Positions 60,101 through 64,000 of a stretch of 64,000 nucleotides of DNA are shown here, one piece after another. The stretch covers positions 7,998,001-8,062,000 of the forward strand of contig OZ024742.1 of the NCBI GenBank assembly GCA_964016885.1, written 5' to 3'. Under the pieces are notes generated by a model that searched no databases, was not told where the DNA came from, and saw only the letters and a program-made list of their open reading frames with translations. The translations under genes were made by a program, and so were the position numbers. Position 1 is the stretch's first letter; each line of letters opens with the position of its first letter. This DNA is from Eledone cirrhosa. Taxonomy: Eukaryota.

Positions 60101-63100
60101 AACATGTACCTAGGAACGTCTTATATCAATACGGCACCACTATGACTCCCTCAGGTGACACAGTAACAAGTACCTAGGAACGTCTTATATCAATACGACA
60201 CCACTATGTCTCCCTCAGGAGACACAGAAACATGTACCTACGAACGTCTTATATCAATACGGCACCACTATGAATCCCTCAGGAGACACAGTAACATGTA
60301 CCTAGGAACGTCTTATATCAATACGGCACAACTATGACTCCCTCAGGTGACACAGTAACATGTACCTAGGAACGTCTTATATCAATACGGCACCACTATG
60401 TCTCCCTCACGTGACACAGTAACATGTACCTAGGAACGTCTTATATCAATACAGCACCACTATGACTCCCTCAGGAGACACATTAACATGTACATAGGAA
60501 CGTCTTATATCAATACGGCACCACTATGACTCCCTCAGGAGACACATTAACATGTACATAGGAACGTCTTATATCAATACGGCACCACTATGAATCCCTC
60601 AGGAGACACAGTAACATATACCTAGGAACGTCTTATATCAATACGGCACCACTATGACTCCCTCAGGTGACACAGTAACATGTACCTAGGAACGTATTAT
60701 ATCAATACGGCACCACTATGACTCCGTCAGGTGACACAGTAACATGTACCTAGGAACGTCTTATATCAATACGGCACCACTATGACTCCCTCAGGTGACA
60801 CAGTAACATGTACCTAGGAACGTCTTATATCAATACGGCACCACTATGACTCCCTCAGGAGACACATTAACATGTACATAGGAACGTCTTATATCAATAC
60901 GGCACCACTATGAATCCCTCAGGAGACACAGTAACATGTACCTAGGAACGTCTTATATCAATACGGCAGCAGTATGTCTCCCTCAGGAGACACAGTAACA
61001 TGTACATAGGAGCGTCTTATATCAATACGGCACCACTATGACTCCCTCATGAGACACATTAACATGTACATAGGAACGTCTTATATCAATACGGTACCAC
61101 TATGACACCCTCAGTACACACAGTAACATGGACCTAGGAACGTCCTATATCAATACGCCACCACTATGACTCCCTCAGGAGACACAGTAACATATACCTA
61201 GGAACGTCCTATATGAATACGGCACCACTATGACTCCCTCAGGAGACTCAGTAACATGTACCTAGGAACGTCCTATATCAATACGGACCACTCTGACTCC
61301 CTCAGGAGACACAGTAACATGTACCTAGGAACGTCTTATATCAATACAGCACCACTATGACACCCACAGGAGACACAGTAACATGTACCTAGGAACATCT
61401 TATATCAATACGGCACTACTGTGACACCCCCAGGAGACACAGTAACATGTATCTCGGAACGTCTTATATCAATACGGCACCACTGTGACAACCCCAGGAC
61501 ACACAGTAACATGACCTAGGAACGTCTTATATCAATACGGCAGCAGTATGACTCCCTCAGGTGACACAGTAACATGTACCTAGGAACGTCTTATATCAAT
61601 ACCACACCACTATGTCTCCCTCAGGAGACACAGAAACATGTACCTAGGAACGTCTTATATCAATACGGCACCTCTATAACTCACTCAGGAGTCACGGTAA
61701 CATGTACCTAGGAGCGTCTTATATCAATACGGCACCACTATGACTCCCTCAGGAGACACAGTAACATGTACCTAGGAACGTCTTATGTCAATACGGCACC
61801 ACTATGACTCCCTCAGGAGACACAGTAACATGTACCTAGGAACGTCCTATATCAATACGGCACCACTGTGACTCCCTCAGGAGACACAGTAACATGTACC
61901 TAGGGACGTCTTATATCAATACGGCACCACTATGACTCCCTCAGGAGACACAGTAACATGTACCTAGGAACGTCCTATATCAATACGGCGCCACTGTGAC
62001 TCCCTCAGGAGACACAGTAACATGTACCTAGGAACGTCCTATATCAATAGGGCACCACTATGAATCCCTCAGGATACACAGTAACATGTACCTAGGAACG
62101 TCCTATATCAATACGGCACCACTATGACTCCCTCAGGAGACACAGTAACATGTACCTGGGAACGTCTTATATCAATACGGCACCTCTATAACTCACTCAG
62201 GAGACACAGTAACATGTACCTAGGAGCGTCTTATATCAATACGGCACCACTATGACTCCCTCAAGAGACACAGTAACATGTACCTAGGAACGTCTTATGT
62301 CAATACGGCACCACTATCACTCCCGCAGGAGACACAGTAACATGTACCTAGGAACGTCTTATATCAATACGACACCACTATGTCTCCCTCACGAGACACA
62401 GAAACATGTACCTAGGAACGTCTTATATCAATACGGCACCACTATGACTCCCTCAGGTGACACAGTAACAAATACCTAGAAACGTCTTATATCAATACGA
62501 CACCTCTATGTCTCCCTCAGGAGATACAGAAACATGTACCTAGGAACGTCTTATATCAATACGGCACCACTATGACTCCCTCAGGTGACACAGTAACATG
62601 TACCTAGGAACGTCTTATATCAGTACGGCACCATTATGATTCCCTCAGGAAACACAGTAACATGTACATAGGAACGTCTTATATCAATACGGCACCACTA
62701 CGACTCCCTCTGGACACACAGTAACATGTACCTAGGAACGTCTTATATCAATACGGCACCACTATGACTACCTCAGGTGACACAGTAACATGTACCTAGG
62801 AACGTCTTATATCAATACGGCACCACTATGACTCCCTCAGGAAACACAGTAACATGTACATAGGAACGTCTTATATCAATACGGCACCACTATGACTCCC
62901 TCATGAGACACATTAACATGTACATAGGAACGTCTTATATCAATACGGCACCACTATGACACCCTCAGGACACACAGTAACATGTACCTAGGAACATCTT
63001 ATATCAATACGGCACCACTATGACTCCCTCAGGAGACACAGTAACATGTACCTAGGAACGTCTTATATCAATATGGCACCACTATGTCTCCCTCAGGTGA

Positions 63101-64000
63101 CACAGTAACATGTACCTAGGAGCGTCTTATATCAATACGGCACCACTATGACTCCCTTAGGAGACATAGTAACATGTACCTAGGAACGTCGTATATCAAT
63201 ACGGCACCACTATGACTCCCTCAGGAGACACAGTAACATGTACCTAGGGACGTCTTATATCAATACGGCACCACTATGACTCCCTCCTGAGACACAGTAA
63301 CATGTACATAGGAACGTCTTATATCAATACGGCACTACTATGACTCCCTCAGGAGACACAGTAACATGTACCTAGGAACGTCTTATATCAATACGACACC
63401 ACTATGTCTCCCTGAGGAGACACAGAAACATGTACCTAGGAACGTCTTATATCAATACGGCCACACTATGACTCCCTGAGGAGACACAGTAACATGTACC
63501 TAGGAACGTCTCATATCAATACGGCGCCACTAAGAATCCCTCAGGTGACACAGTAACATGTACCTAGGAACGTCTTATGTCAATACGGCACCACTATGAC
63601 TCCCTCAGGAGACACAGTAACATGTACCTAGGAACGTCCTATATCAATACGGCACCACTATGACACCCTCAGGACACACAGTAACATGTACCTAGGAACG
63701 TCTTATATCAATACCACACCACTATGTCTCCCTCAGGAGACACAGAAACATGTACCTAGGAACGTCTTATATCAATACGGCACCTCTATAACTCACTCAG
63801 GAGTCACGGTAACATGTACCTAGGAGCGTCTTATATCAATACGGCACCACTATGACTCCCTCAGGAGACACAGTAACATGTACCTAGGAACGTCTTATGT
63901 CAATACGGCACCACTATGACTCCCTCAGGAGACACAGTAACATGTACCTAGGAACGTCCTATATCAATACGGCACCACTGTGACTCCCTCAGGAGACACA
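45100..64000. repeat. Right satellite domain: almost all full-length 64-mers, mosaic duplications of ~3.6-3.9 kb
   Basis: Markers GGTGACAC, CATTAAC, CAGAAAC, TATGTCTCC, CAGCAGTATG and TTATGTCAAT. Offsets of 3902 (50861/54763) and 3901 (58396/62297; 59431/63332). CAGCAGTATGTC at 53420, 57129 and 60967. Confidence 0.88.

Larger units (their letters stand above)
1..64000. repeat. 64-bp monomer tandem satellite array (~1,000 head-to-tail copies), open at both window edges
   Basis: The same unit recurs every 64 bp (e.g. GTAAC at 2521 and 2585; an exact consensus monomer at 4561-4624). Most monomers carry 0-6 substitutions, and some are 61-63 bp through small deletions. No non-repeat interruption or monomer-scale orientation switch was seen. 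Confidence 0.99.

Noticed and set aside
15634-62479. Eight short ORFs (60-77 aa) in the ORF track
   Set aside because: All are translations of the 64-bp repeat cycling through its three frames (MYLGTSYINTAPL / HVPRNVLYQYGTTMTPSGDT / ERLISIRHHYDSLRRHSN). They open only where variants happen to remove the consensus TGA, TAA or TAG. The monomer length is not a multiple of 3, and the identical ORFs at 58396 and 62297 simply reflect the 3901-bp duplication.
1-64000. CRISPR array (64-bp period with palindromic content resembles repeat+spacer spacing)
   Set aside because: There are no unique spacers. Every position of the unit is conserved, with only scattered point variants, and there is no leader or cas gene.
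1-64000. Telomeric or degenerate telomeric repeat (CCTAGG resembling TTAGG/CCTAA)
   Set aside because: The motif occurs once per 64-bp unit, and there are no tandem G-rich short repeats.
1-64000. CENP-B box
   Set aside because: The core pattern TTCG-N4-A-N2-CGGG is not present on either strand of the consensus.
1-64000. Tandem tRNA, 5S or spliced-leader gene array
   Set aside because: There is no cloverleaf, no recognisable Pol III A/B or C boxes and no oligo-T terminator. The unit is too short for gene plus spacer.
1-64000. Synthetic or coded information (DNA storage or a diversity-cassette system)
   Set aside because: Variants are spread over nearly all positions, include indels, and are inherited in nested duplicated blocks, as expected for natural satellite turnover. 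No recipient locus or recombinase is present.

Overview
The whole 64 kb window is one uninterrupted head-to-tail tandem array (satellite DNA) of about 1,000 copies of a 64-bp monomer. The consensus is AGGAGACACAGTAACATGTACCTAGGAACGTCTTATATCAATACGGCACCACTATGACTCCCTC (29/64 = 45% GC), and all monomers are in the same orientation. I found no unique sequence, credible gene, RNA gene, transposon or CRISPR spacer. The ORF-track calls are read-through products of the repeat. The informative structure is inside the array: (i) spatial domains defined by diagnostic variants (left ~1-21.7 kb, central ~21.7-40.4 kb, a short transition ~40.9-45.1 kb, right ~45-64 kb); (ii) nested kb-scale tandem duplications (offsets of 5216, ~4150-4214, ~2875 and ~3900 bp) and short higher-order repeats; (iii) a monomer built from two quasi-palindromes, where several recurrent variants move toward perfect symmetry; and (iv) discrete templated rearrangements, namely a perfect 16-bp inverted repeat at 16696-16733 and an 89-bp scrambled monomer at ~10850 and ~11131. 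The organisation resembles eukaryotic (peri)centromeric or subtelomeric satellite. Organism and function cannot be determined from the sequence alone. All counts and offsets were read by eye.
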